Below, piece by piece: positions 46,844 through 56,872 of a stretch of DNA of 64,000 nucleotides. The notes beneath the pieces were generated by a model, which saw only the letters and a list, made by a program, of their open reading frames with translations, was not told the origin of the DNA and ran no database searches. The stretch comes from Pseudomonadota bacterium. Its GTDB lineage: Bacteria > Pseudomonadota > Alphaproteobacteria > 16-39-46. Every line of letters begins with the position of its first letter. Position 1 is the stretch's first letter. The stretch is from the NCBI GenBank assembly GCA_018242545.1, contig JAFEBT010000001.1, positions 23,180-87,179 of the forward strand, read 5' to 3'. The position numbers were made by a program, and so were the translations under genes.

Positions 46844-49800
46844 ATGTCACTAGAAAATAATAAATTTTTTGATTATGATAAAAATATAGAAGTAATAAAT
46901 CATATAAAATTTACGCCTCGTGAAATAGATATTATAGCATGTATTTTATGTGGAAGAACAGCTAAAAAAGATATTGCTTTTATTTTATCTATTCAGCCGC
47001 GAACTGCTGAAACCCATACCCGAAATATTATGCATAAAATAAGGTGTAATGGATGGGGAGGCATCAGAGACTTTATAGAAAAAACTGGATATAGTGATCT
47101 TATAAGACATCACTATACCTCTCTTCTTCTTCAAAAAGAATTTAATCATTGTTTAAGACAAATTTTCTTACTCATAAAAAAAGAAGAAAATATATTAGAT
47201 CTGCAATTTTTTTCAGACATAAAAAATTCAGATGGTTTATTTTTTAGAATCTTGAAAGATCTAAGAGATATGGGTATTAATGTTCATGTGAGAGAAGATA
47301 AGAATTCTTTTGATATCCATAATTATAGTGTTTTTTTTATTACTGCTGGGACTATAAAAAAAATATGTATGCTCCTTCAAGATCCAACGTTTTTATCAAA
47401 AAATCATATTTTTATCCTTTGGGATAAAAGTCTAATCTTAGAAGATTTTCCTGATTTAAAAAATATTTCTTATTTAGATTTTAAAAGCCAAAATTATTAT
47501 TTTTCTTTTTTCTATTTTTTAGAAAAATTTATATCTCCTTCTGTCGTAGAGAATATATTTTTTGAGTTTAAAAGAGAGTATAAAAAATTTTTCAATTCCT
47601 CTGAATGTGCTCAGTTTAATTTTTCTTCCGAAGAACACATACATAAAAAAAAAGAAATTTCAGACAACATTTATATGGATGCTGTTAAAAATAAAAAAAA
47701 TTATTTTATGATTTTATTTTTGTGCATGATTATTTTAAGCGTATTTCTTTTTATTTTTACGCAAAATAATCAAAAAATAAAAATTAGCCCCTTATCAAAA
47801 AAAGATTTGTCTATGAGATCTGAATTGATTGTTCCAATAGAAAGTGTTTTTCTAAAGCGTTATGACTTAATCAAAAAAATGAATGAAGCGTTAAAAAGTC
47901 AACATAAAATACGTATAATTGCCCTTGTTGGAATGGGAGGGGTTGGAAAAACCACGATCGCACGTTATTTTGGAAAAACTGATCAAAGCTCTATTGTATA
48001 TGAGCTAAATGCTGAAACAAAAAAAAATCTTATTAATTCATTTGAAGAATTAGCTTACAAGATAGCCAAGACTCCGGATAAGAAAAAAGAACTAGAGATC
48101 ATTCAAAAAATTCAAAATATAGAATTAAAAGAAAAAAAATTGATTTATTTTGTGCAAGAACAGTTAAGAGAACACCCCAATTGGCTTCTCATTTTTGATA
48201 ATGTTCAGACTATATCAAACATTAAAAAGAATTATCTTCCTCAAGATTCAGAAATATGGGGGTCTGGAAAAATAATTATCACAACACGTGATAGTACAAT
48301 AAAAAATACAAATTACATAGAACCTCAAAATATTATTGAAATTGGAGAATTAAATAAAGAAGAATCTTTAATGCTTTTTAGTAAAATATTTTTCAACAAG
48401 GAATCAAATAAATTAACATTAGATCAAAGAGAAAAATGTTTAGAATTTCTTAAAAATATTCCTCCTTTTCCTTTAGATATTTCTATTGCTGCTTATTATA
48501 TTAAAAATGAACAGTTAACTTATGATCAGTACATACATAGAATTAACCAATACACTAAATTTTTTGATAAAACTCAAGAAAATCTCTTAAAAGAGATAAG
48601 CGACTCCACAAAAACACGCTTTGGAATAATTACATCTTCCCTTGAAAAATTTATAAATATAAATCCAGATTTCAAAGAGCTCTTATTATTTATTGTACTT
48701 TTAGATTCACAAAATATTCCTAAAAATTTAATAGCACTCTATAAAGATGAGCCAAGTATTGAGCAGCTTTTATATTATTTAAGAAAAAATGGTTTTATCA
48801 CCAAGGTATCTTCTATTGAAAATGGAGAAGAAGCTCCTCTATTCTCCATTCATCGATCATCACAAGAGATTATTTTAGCTTCTCTTAAAAATATACTAAC
48901 AGAAGATGAAAGAAAGAGATGTTTATGTCAAGTAATAGAAGCTATAAAAATTTATCATAAGATGTATTTAAAAAAGAATTGCAGAAATATTATTTTACTT
49001 ATTCCTCACATAGAAAAATTGCAGCAAAATTTAAATAAAATTTTAATATCATCTAAAGATATAGAGCTTTGTAAAATAGAAACTTTAATAGCGCTTGGAA
49101 ATTCTCATCGATATTGTACCCAAAATTGTGAAGCCGTTAGAAGTTATTTTTTAGAAATTTTAGAAATAAAAGATATCAAGAAAAAAATTTCTTCTTATAC
49201 TTTATTAACAATCTTTGCAGACTTGGGATGGGCTTCTTATATTTTAGGTCTTTTCGATCAAGCCATTTTCTATTGTCAAGAAAGCATAAAATTGTGCAAA
49301 CGAAACTTAGAATCTGAAGAAATGGAGGCGCAAAACCTTTTAAACACGGCAATTTCTTACTACCAGAAAAATGAAAAAGAGAGCTTTGAAAAAAGTTGTT
49401 CATATTATAAAAAAGCTCTTTCTATAGCATTGAAAATAAAGGATGAGAATCTTAAAAACTCGTTTATTGTAACTATATACAATGATCTTTCATTTTTATA
49501 TAGAACCACGTACCTCCATAAAAAAGAAACATTGATTGGTAAAAAATATGTGCAGAAGGCATTAGATTTATTAAAGTCTAATGAGCTTTTTCATCTAACC
49601 TATAAAAAACTTCCAGAAGAAAAAATTAAAGATATTTTGAAAGCACGTTATGCAATGGGGCAAGTTTATTGTAGACTTGGACAATATGAAAAAGCTTTGA
49701 AAGAAGGATGCATAGAAGAGCAATATATCATTAATTTTATTGAATCTACTGGGAATAAAATTAGTCTTACCATAGAAAAGCCTCTACTCGCTGAGAGTTT

Positions 49801-50317
49801 TGGAGAGTCTTTTTTAAGGCTTAATCGTCTTGAAGAAGCTGAGCTCCAATTAACGCAAGCTATAAAAGCTTTTGAAGATTTGTGGGGACCTCGTGTTATT
49901 GCTCCACGTGTTTATAGAGCTGAGATTTATATTAGAAAAGGACAATTTAAAGAAGCTTATGAAGATTGCTTAGTTGTTTTTAAAACGCAAAGAAAATCAA
50001 AAAACAATTATATAAACCTAATGTTTTTTATTAATTATTATCATGCCGCTATTATAAAATATAAAGAAAAAGATTTTTTTCAGTCCTCAGAATATTTTAG
50101 AGATTTTTTTAAAAATATAAGAGTATTTTGTAAGATGTTCTTAGATAAAAACCAGTATAAATTCCTTGAATCAGAGAAAGTTTTTGAAGACATTACATTT
50201 GATAAAAATAAAGCAGAAAAAGACATAAAAGACTATCTTAAAAGAAGTGTTAAGATTTTTTCAGAAATTTATGGGCCTTCACATTCTTTTATAACTGATT
50301 ACGTTACAAAAAATTAA
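46844..50317 (+). CDS. Second full-length LuxR-HTH / hydrophobic helix / NB-ARC / TPR STAND protein (paralog of 19561..22992)
   Basis: LuxR HTH FTPREIDIIACILCGRTAKKDIAFILSIQPRTAETHTRNIMHKIRCNG. Hydrophobic helix FMILFLCMIILSVFLFIFT. Walker A ALVGMGGVGKTTIARYFG. WLLIFDNVQT. ITTRD. FPLDISIAAYYIKNEQLTYDQY. C-terminal TPR-like units (ALGNSHRYCTQNCEAVRSYF, DLGWASYILGLFDQAIFYCQESIKL). Confidence 0.8.
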   Translation: MSLENNKFFDYDKNIEVINHIKFTPREIDIIACILCGRTAKKDIAFILSIQPRTAETHTRNIMHKIRCNGWGGIRDFIEKTGYSDLIRHHYTSLLLQKEFNHCLRQIFLLIKKEENILDLQFFSDIKNSDGLFFRILKDLRDMGINVHVREDKNSFDIHNYSVFFITAGTIKKICMLLQDPTFLSKNHIFILWDKSLILEDFPDLKNISYLDFKSQNYYFSFFYFLEKFISPSVVENIFFEFKREYKKFFNSSECAQFNFSSEEHIHKKKEISDNIYMDAVKNKKNYFMILFLCMIILSVFLFIFTQNNQKIKISPLSKKDLSMRSELIVPIESVFLKRYDLIKKMNEALKSQHKIRIIALVGMGGVGKTTIARYFGKTDQSSIVYELNAETKKNLINSFEELAYKIAKTPDKKKELEIIQKIQNIELKEKKLIYFVQEQLREHPNWLLIFDNVQTISNIKKNYLPQDSEIWGSGKIIITTRDSTIKNTNYIEPQNIIEIGELNKEESLMLFSKIFFNKESNKLTLDQREKCLEFLKNIPPFPLDISIAAYYIKNEQLTYDQYIHRINQYTKFFDKTQENLLKEISDSTKTRFGIITSSLEKFININPDFKELLLFIVLLDSQNIPKNLIALYKDEPSIEQLLYYLRKNGFITKVSSIENGEEAPLFSIHRSSQEIILASLKNILTEDERKRCLCQVIEAIKIYHKMYLKKNCRNIILLIPHIEKLQQNLNKILISSKDIELCKIETLIALGNSHRYCTQNCEAVRSYFLEILEIKDIKKKISSYTLLTIFADLGWASYILGLFDQAIFYCQESIKLCKRNLESEEMEAQNLLNTAISYYQKNEKESFEKSCSYYKKALSIALKIKDENLKNSFIVTIYNDLSFLYRTTYLHKKETLIGKKYVQKALDLLKSNELFHLTYKKLPEEKIKDILKARYAMGQVYCRLGQYEKALKEGCIEEQYIINFIESTGNKISLTIEKPLLAESFGESFLRLNRLEEAELQLTQAIKAFEDLWGPRVIAPRVYRAEIYIRKGQFKEAYEDCLVVFKTQRKSKNNYINLMFFINYYHAAIIKYKEKDFFQSSEYFRDFFKNIRVFCKMFLDKNQYKFLESEKVFEDITFDKNKAEKDIKDYLKRSVKIFSEIYGPSHSFITDYVTKN

Positions 50318-50504
50318 AAAGTATTTATCAAAAAAATGGCTTTTTTTATAAACCATTTCTATAATACATTTTTTTAATAATAAGGTAAAATTGGGACCTA
50401 ATATATTTATTATAAAGCTTGAGATCTTCCATATTTTATAATAAAAACACTAAGCTCATTTCTAAAAGAAACGAGAAACCCATTTTTCTTTAAAAAAAAC
50501 CTAC

Positions 50505-50666
50505 TTATCTGCTCCCACCAGACTCACCTTCTGACATGGAGTTGGTTCCTAAAGTTCCACGACTATATTCTTTTTCAGAAGAGTCATTACCAGCTATAGA
50601 TGATGAAGACATAAAAAAGCTTACGGATATCAAACCAAAAACAAAAGTAATTATTAGATTTTTCAT
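50505..50666 (-). CDS. Candidate 53-aa secreted peptide (not in the ORF track)
   Basis: My translation: MKNLIITFVFGLISVSFFMSSSSIAGNDSSEKEYSRGTLGTNSMSEGESGGSR. AAAGGAAAA RBS-like stretch 5 nt upstream. Hydrophobic N-terminus. Confidence 0.25.
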   Translation of the reverse strand: MKNLIITFVFGLISVSFFMSSSSIAGNDSSEKEYSRGTLGTNSMSEGESGGSR

Positions 50667-50981
50667 AAAATTTTCCTTTCATATGTCATAATTTATTTTT
50701 TTCATACTATATTTATAAATATTTTTTTAAAGAAAGTAAAGAGAGTGTATAAGAGTTACTAATTCCTTATTAATTATCAAAATTTAAAAAATTTCTTTCA
50801 TTTTTTTGTATTTTTATTTAGTTTTATTATTTTTTTGATCATAACTTATTTTTTTCATTTTTTAGAATTCTTGAAATTTTCTTAACTAAATTATTATCTA
50901 AAAAGAAAGAGCGTCTTTAATTATCCCTCCCCGAAAAGATGCTATACCATGAAAATGTGTAAGAATTTTTCTATGCAAAAT

Positions 50982-52331
50982 TTAAGAATTATTTCTTGCA
51001 TGTTCGCGCATCACCAAAACCGTTAAAATAATCAACCCTGGAACCGCAGCTCCAAGCGTTACTTCAAAATAAGTTGTCCAATCAAGATGATCTGCCAGAA
51101 AGCCTCCAAAAGCACCTAAATTTGTAGAAAGATACCAAAGAGCTGAGAGAAGGGCATATTGTGTCCCCGTAAAGGATTTATGACAGAGGCTTGAAAGATA
51201 TGTTACAAAAGCCGTTGTACTCATGCCGCCCGTTACATTCTCAAGAGCAATAGCAATATAAAAAAGATCAACTTGAGCACCACATTGAGAAATAACAATA
51301 AACATTATGTTAGAAAGCGTATGAAGAATTCCCGCAATTAAAAGGCCTCTCAAGAATCCAACATGGCTTGATAAAACGCCTCCGACAACACCTCCAATAA
51401 TGGTCGCAAATACGCCAAAAAATTTTGTGACATTCGCAATTTCAATAACTGTAAATCCAACATTTAAATAAAACACGTTAGCCATGTTATTGATAAGATT
51501 ATCTCCTAACCGAAATACTAAAATTAAACAAACGATCAGAATCCAATCTTTTCGACGGGTGAATTCACTAAACGGACCAATAACGGCCCCATAAATCCAT
51601 GCGATAATCTTAGAAAAAAATCCTTGTATATTCCGAACTTCCATATAATAAAGCGCTTTTTCTTGACGCTCTTTCATTAAATCTGATGTAATGGGCGATG
51701 GCTCGGGGTTTAAAAGAATAACAATGCTTGACAAAAAAATACAAAAAACCATCCCGGCATAGGCAAAAAACCATCCATAAAAAGCGCCTATATAAAGAGC
51801 CCCAGCCCCACCCATAATTGTTCCAAGCCGATATCCAAGAACATTTGACGTAACGCCTACGCCATATTCATTTGGGTTTAAAATTTCAATACGATACGCA
51901 TCTAAAACAATTTCTTGGCTGGCTCCAAAAAAAGAAACAAGGGTTAAGCAAAAAATCATATTTCCTAAATTTTGTGCAGGAGAACTTAAGCCGAGTCCGA
52001 GGAGAGAAAGCATCAATCCGACTTGAAAAAAAATAGCCCAACTCCGCCTGCGACCTAAAATCTTTCCTAAAATAGGAAACTGAATATGGTCAATCAAAGG
52101 AGCCCATAAGAATTTTAGAGCATTTGGCATTGCTGCAAAAGCAAAAAGACCAATCGTTGTTTTACTTAAACCTGCCTCAGTTAACCAAATTTGCATCGTT
52201 GACATAATAAGTACAAACAAAAGCCCTGGCGGCATTCCAAGAATTCCAACGGATAAAATACGGGTGTTCATAAAACGTGAAAGATTCATAGAGAAATTGT
52301 TCTTTCCTTTAAAAGCATTATTTATGCACAC
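50982..52331 (-). CDS. ampG: MFS transporter, AmpG/PAT-like
   Basis: 12 TM segments. ALKFLWAPLIDH resembles the AmpG-family motif (KFLW.P..D). Confidence 0.55.
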   Translation of the reverse strand: MCINNAFKGKNNFSMNLSRFMNTRILSVGILGMPPGLLFVLIMSTMQIWLTEAGLSKTTIGLFAFAAMPNALKFLWAPLIDHIQFPILGKILGRRRSWAIFFQVGLMLSLLGLGLSSPAQNLGNMIFCLTLVSFFGASQEIVLDAYRIEILNPNEYGVGVTSNVLGYRLGTIMGGAGALYIGAFYGWFFAYAGMVFCIFLSSIVILLNPEPSPITSDLMKERQEKALYYMEVRNIQGFFSKIIAWIYGAVIGPFSEFTRRKDWILIVCLILVFRLGDNLINNMANVFYLNVGFTVIEIANVTKFFGVFATIIGGVVGGVLSSHVGFLRGLLIAGILHTLSNIMFIVISQCGAQVDLFYIAIALENVTGGMSTTAFVTYLSSLCHKSFTGTQYALLSALWYLSTNLGAFGGFLADHLDWTTYFEVTLGAAVPGLIILTVLVMREHARNNS

Positions 52332-52408
52332 AAAATGTCTCTTGCCAAAGAATTTTCAATTCTAGAAGAGCATCCTCCTTTGAACAAGAGACAAAATTTT
52401 AAACGTTT

Positions 52409-53647
52409 CTAAACTTTATTTTTTCTTTCAGAAAGAACAATAATCATAAATCCAAAACCGCCGATAAAAAGTCCTAAAGGAATAAGAGAGATGGCAGCTA
52501 CAAATGCATCTTTTCCATATCTTCCAATATCTCCACAGGCACTTCCGTTCTCTCCTAAGAAATTCATGACTTCTCCAATTGCCGTATGATATACGTATCC
52601 AAAAGGCATTATAATCATATTTGCAATCGCTGTACTTAAACCAACGAGATTCGATTTTACGTAAGTTGTTGCTTTATAAATCACCAAAATTTGATAAGCA
52701 CATAAAACACCTATGCTCCAAAAAACAAAAGAAAGTGTAAATATTGTCCCGCGTCCCATCAGCAAAAATATAAAATCAAAGGCCATTCCAAAAGCACACA
52801 AAATGATAAGTGCATAATAGGCTTTTGTTTTATCCGCCACATAACTTAAAAGAGGAGAGCCAACTAACATCCCAAAAAAGATGCAATCGGGAAGCGCAGA
52901 AGCTACTTCTTTTGTAAAGCCATAATAATTTAACAAAAAAGAACTTCCCCAGACATCCGCAAATCCTTCTAAAGGACCTACCATCAATCCTCCCAAAAGA
53001 CAAATTGACAAAAGTTTTTTATTCCCAAAAACAGACTTAATATCTGAAAATAAAGTCTTTTCAGATGCCTTTGATGCTGATTTTAAGGAAGGAATGAGCA
53101 TAAAAAAGAGAAGGGCGAGAATTCCTCCAACAGCAATAAGCAAAAATAGCACTTGCTCTAATCCTAAATATTCCCGAAGTTTATGGATGGGCCATCCCCC
53201 ATAAATTCCCCCCACAAGTCCAATTGCAACAGAAATTCCGAGCATTCTTGTAAAATGATCTTCTTTAAAATTCATACGGATGATTTTAAAAACACCCAAA
53301 ATGGCCCCAGAAGATCCCATTCCGATTAGGATACGTCCAAGTCCTGGATAAAGCCAAAAATCTGCATAAATAAGAGGAAGAAGACCGAGCATTGTCATTC
53401 CAATGCAAAGAGGGAGGATAATTTTAGGCCCAACGCGATCAAGGAGAATTCCAAGAGGAATATGCATAAGAACATAACCTAAATAGTAAAAGCCTGAAAA
53501 TTGACCAAAAATAGCCGCATCAATTTGGAACTTCTGCATAATGTCTGGCATTAAAACGCGGGGAATAACCCGTAATACATATTGGTATGCATAAAAAAAC
53601 GATGCTAAAAACCATGTCATCCATTGTGTTAATCGATAAAACGTCAT
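52409..53647 (-). CDS. MFS transporter (substrate unknown)
   Basis: 412 aa, 12 TM segments, MFS loop 2-3 motif GILLDRVGPK. Confidence 0.6.
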   Translation of the reverse strand: MTFYRLTQWMTWFLASFFYAYQYVLRVIPRVLMPDIMQKFQIDAAIFGQFSGFYYLGYVLMHIPLGILLDRVGPKIILPLCIGMTMLGLLPLIYADFWLYPGLGRILIGMGSSGAILGVFKIIRMNFKEDHFTRMLGISVAIGLVGGIYGGWPIHKLREYLGLEQVLFLLIAVGGILALLFFMLIPSLKSASKASEKTLFSDIKSVFGNKKLLSICLLGGLMVGPLEGFADVWGSSFLLNYYGFTKEVASALPDCIFFGMLVGSPLLSYVADKTKAYYALIILCAFGMAFDFIFLLMGRGTIFTLSFVFWSIGVLCAYQILVIYKATTYVKSNLVGLSTAIANMIIMPFGYVYHTAIGEVMNFLGENGSACGDIGRYGKDAFVAAISLIPLGLFIGGFGFMIIVLSERKNKV

Positions 53648-53729
53648 CTTTCAAAATCCTCTAAAAAGGCTCCACTACTTTTGGAGCGTTTTTCTAAAAT
53701 CAACATAAATTTGGGGAAAATATAATTAA

Positions 53730-54240
53730 AGGGCAGCACGTGCTGCCAGGAGATTAAGATTAACAAAAAGAGAAACGAAAGAGGTTTTCATCATAAGAGT
53801 TATTTTTACCCCCCCCTCTTTTAAACGTCAACAAAAAAAGAGCGTTTTCTTCTCTTCTCTTAATCTTTTCTATATATGAAAGTGGGGGCATTCTGTTGCC
53901 CGGTGCCCCCTAACCGCGAAGTGCTTAACGCTTAAGCAGCTGCAGCAACTGCAGGTGCATTGTCGTTCATAGCTTCTACTCCAAATGCATTATCATTGTC
54001 TGCATTTACAAATTAGCCCGTTTCGGCGGATACCATACCGAGCGAAAGATAAGCCTTTACCACGTACGTCGATCCTATTTCACCCCCAAAGAAACTTAAG
54101 AATCCTTAAGATTTATTAACCAGCTAAAAACTTAGCAAGTCATTTCCGATTTGGTGGAGGTGCCGGGTACCGCCCCCGGGTCCGTCCCGCTTATTCTACT
54201 AACCGTTTATCGCCATAGTTGGTTAACCCAACACCTTTAA
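53730..54240 (-). ncRNA. ssrA: tmRNA (ssrA), circularly permuted two-piece alphaproteobacterial type: acceptor piece upstream, coding piece downstream
   Basis: Minus strand 5'->3': ...GGACGGACCCGGGGGCGGTACCCGGCACCTCCACCA (T-arm, acceptor 3' strand, CCA; 3' end at 54152). A ~64-nt intervening segment follows. Then GGGGGTGAAATAGGATCGACG (canonical tmRNA 5' end, starts 54087). The acceptor stem GGGGGTG/CACCTCC contains the G3·U wobble pair that AlaRS requires. A tag ORF ends ...AMNDNAPAVAAAA-TAA (stop at 53932-53934). A GC hairpin follows, and a palindromic terminator GGCAGCACGTGCTGCC sits at 53731-53750. Outer boundaries are approximate. Confidence 0.8.
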
Positions 54241-54368
54241 TATAAGCCTTCTTTCTCTAAATTTAAAGGGAAATCATAAAAAATTTTTTATAAAAAAATA
54301 TCGACATAAAGCAATTTTCTTTCTATCTTAATGTAAAAAAATAATTTTTAGAAATGGTTTAAGGAAAA

Positions 54369-54771
54369 ATGGATTCATTAACGATTACAAAAGCAAAATC
54401 ACTTATCTTAGAATTTTGTAATGCATACAGCAACCAAGATCTTGAAACACTTTCAAGAATATTTTCTAATAAGGCATCAATGTGGAGCGCATGCTCTGAG
54501 CATGCACATAATGGTTTTCAAGAAATTGAAAAAGAGTTCCTTTTGAACTGGAATGGTGCAGAAAGCAGAACACTTGAGGTGATTGCCTGACCGTTTTCTA
54601 CTTTTGAAGAATCTTTATGGCTATCGGCTTTATGTAAGGCGTCAATTAAAATAGAAGGTGTTTGGCATATTTCCTCTAATCTACGTATAACGTTCACCTT
54701 TATAGAAGAAGATGGAAACTGGAAAATCATCCATCTCCATGCGTCTTTTCCAACTTTAGATTAGAGAATCA
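54369..54771 (+). pseudogene. NTF2-like/SnoaL-like (DUF4440-type) protein with an in-frame TGA
   Basis: ORF MDSLTITKAKSLILEFCNAYSNQDLETL...RTLEVIA stops at TGA (54588-54590). The same frame continues: PFSTFEESLWLSALCKASIKIEGVWHISSNLRITFTFIEEDGNWKIIHLHASFP, which is the typical NTF2-like C-terminus (G.W.I.H.H.S). Confidence 0.5.
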
Positions 54772-54892
54772 AACCTTTATGTTTTATGAAAATCGATTCT
54801 TTTATTAAAAAAAGCTTTCCTATATTTTTTGACTCTCAAAATATATTAAAAACATAAGAAAAGGCACATTAAATTTGGAATGGAAAAACAAA

Positions 54893-55153
54893 ATGAATAT
54901 ATCTATTTCTTATCCTGAAATTAAAAAGCACCTGAAAAAGAATTTTGATCGCGTATGTAATGATCATATCCCTCTTCTTGTTACACGAAAAAAAGGAAAA
55001 AATGTTATTGTGATTTCTGAAGGTGAGTATAGATCCCTGCAAGAAACTATTTATCTCTGCCAATCTCCAAAGAATCTTTCGAGACTTCTTGAAGCTCTTC
55101 ATCGGACAAATGGGCGTTCTTTCGAAGAGGTTAAAACAGAACTTAAAATTTAA
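54893..55153 (+). CDS. yefM: Phd/YefM-family antitoxin (no adjacent toxin gene)
   Basis: MNISISYPEIKKHLKKNFDRVCNDHIPLLVTRKKGKNVIVISEGEYRSLQETIYLCQSPKNLSRLLEAL aligns along its length with E. coli YefM (ISYSEARQNL...[41 protein letters not shown]). Confidence 0.8.
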   Translation: MNISISYPEIKKHLKKNFDRVCNDHIPLLVTRKKGKNVIVISEGEYRSLQETIYLCQSPKNLSRLLEALHRTNGRSFEEVKTELKI

Positions 55154-56250
55154 TGGACCGTGGGCTCAGAACATGCTTTCAATTTACTCTTAGACTGACG
55201 CATGCTTTCTGATTTTAATTGCCCACATGCTGCAAGAATGTCCTGTCCTCGTGTCTTTCTAAGCGGGGCTGCATAACCATGATGTTTAAGGATTTCTGAG
55301 AACTTCTCCATTGTTTGAAGATTAGAGCATTCATAAGAAGTACCAGGCCAAGGATTAAAGGGAATAAGGTTTATTTTTGAAGGAATACCTCGAATAAGAC
55401 GCGCCAATTCTTTTGCGTCTTTTTCGGAGTCATTGATATTCTTGAGCATCACATATTCAAACGTTACATAATCTGTTTTAGAAATCTCAGGATAAGCGCG
55501 CACAATCTCTATTAAATCTTTAAGAGGATATTTTTTATTAAGAGGAACAATTACATCCCGAATATCATCCCGTACTGCATGAAGGGAGACGGCAAGACGC
55601 ACGCCAAGCTCGCGTCCACAGACTTCAATTTGAGGGATAACACCAGATGTAGAAAGCGTTATTTTCTGCCTTGAAAACCGCAGCCCTTGAGGATCCATTA
55701 AAATCTTTAGGGCCTTCGATACATTCTCATAATTATAAAGGGGCTCGCCCATTCCCATAAAGACAAGATGAGAAACATGCCTTTTCCCATCAGGCGAAGG
55801 CCATTCTCCGAAAACATCCCGCGCCACAAAAACTTGCCCTAAAATTTCACCCGGTTCAAGATTTCGAACCCAAGTCTGAGTTCCCGTATGACAGAATTTA
55901 CATGTTAAGGTACATCCCACTTGTGAAGAAACACAAAGGGTACCACGGGTCAATTCAGGAATATGAACAGTCTCAATTTCATGAGCATCATGAAGTTTTA
56001 AAAGCCATTTTTGTGTTCCATCAGAAGAAATTTGAGCCTTTGAAACAAGAGGCCGCTCAAGATTAAACGCTTCTGATAATGCTTGCCGCAGTGATTTTGG
56101 CAAAGAGCTCATTGTCTCAAAGTTAGAACTTCCTTTTTCATAAATCCATGAAAAAAGTTGCCGAATACGATAAGGTTCCCAGGTCTTTAAAATCGTTTGA
56201 AGTGTTTCTCGGCTCTCTCCAATAAGAGACTTTGATGAATTACGCGTCAT
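55150..56250 (-). CDS. rlmN: 23S rRNA m2A2503 / tRNA m2A37 methyltransferase RlmN (radical SAM)
   Basis: Radical-SAM cluster motif CTLTCKFCHTG, then MGMGEPLYN. Overall length 366 aa. Confidence 0.85.
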   Translation of the reverse strand: MTRNSSKSLIGESRETLQTILKTWEPYRIRQLFSWIYEKGSSNFETMSSLPKSLRQALSEAFNLERPLVSKAQISSDGTQKWLLKLHDAHEIETVHIPELTRGTLCVSSQVGCTLTCKFCHTGTQTWVRNLEPGEILGQVFVARDVFGEWPSPDGKRHVSHLVFMGMGEPLYNYENVSKALKILMDPQGLRFSRQKITLSTSGVIPQIEVCGRELGVRLAVSLHAVRDDIRDVIVPLNKKYPLKDLIEIVRAYPEISKTDYVTFEYVMLKNINDSEKDAKELARLIRGIPSKINLIPFNPWPGTSYECSNLQTMEKFSEILKHHGYAAPLRKTRGQDILAACGQLKSESMRQSKSKLKACSEPTVH

Positions 56251-56789
56251 GATTTTTTAGGCAAGCTTTCAAGCTCTTGAAGAGCAGCTGTAAATCCTTT
56301 AAGCAAATAAGTATCCGTTGAAAGCGTTCCTTTCTGACTGATACCTTCCGCAATAAGACTCTCTCCTTTCTTCATGGCCTGTATAAGCTCTTTATCCATT
56401 TTATCATCAACGGCCCAAGCCATATCATCTTGCGTAAAGAGCTCAAATTCTTTCAATTTCTTTTTATCTTTACTAAAAATAGAAATTTTTACAAAACTTC
56501 CTTCTTTGTAAGGATATCCTGCTTTGAGACTAAAAACATTAAAGCTTTTTTGATCTGGCCGCGTGGTAATACTTATATAAGTCTGAGCTCTCTTTTTAAA
56601 ATTTCCCGTTTGAGCCTCTGGAAGACTTGTTATATAAAAAACTTTATTTTTATCTTTTGTAAACGCTCTTACCTGCCATGCATCATAAACGCCTGACTCG
56701 TTTGCGCTCAGATTTAATACCGTAAAGCTTAAAAATAAAAACCCTAAAGACACCAATGATATATATCTTTTCATAATATTTACTGTCAT
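56247..56789 (-). CDS. Invasion-associated locus B (IalB)-like periplasmic protein
   Basis: Signal peptide. ~160-aa mature domain with a pattern resembling the IalB family (DAWQVRAF...VFYITSLP...; alphaproteobacterial). Overlaps the rlmN start by 4 nt. Confidence 0.45.
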   Translation of the reverse strand: MTVNIMKRYISLVSLGFLFLSFTVLNLSANESGVYDAWQVRAFTKDKNKVFYITSLPEAQTGNFKKRAQTYISITTRPDQKSFNVFSLKAGYPYKEGSFVKISIFSKDKKKLKEFELFTQDDMAWAVDDKMDKELIQAMKKGESLIAEGISQKGTLSTDTYLLKGFTAALQELESLPKKS

Positions 56790-56872
56790 CCTTTCTTTTT
56801 TTAATAAAAAATATTCCTTTTTTTAATTCTAGAGTTTATAGTCCATTTGGTGAATCTCAAAAACCTTCTTAT

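Noticed and set aside
53761-53830. C-run/G-run (CCCCCCC ... GGGGG) between the MFS gene and the tag ORF, considered as a separate element
   Set aside because: It is better explained as part of the 3' pseudoknot region of the tmRNA coding piece. It is not called separately.
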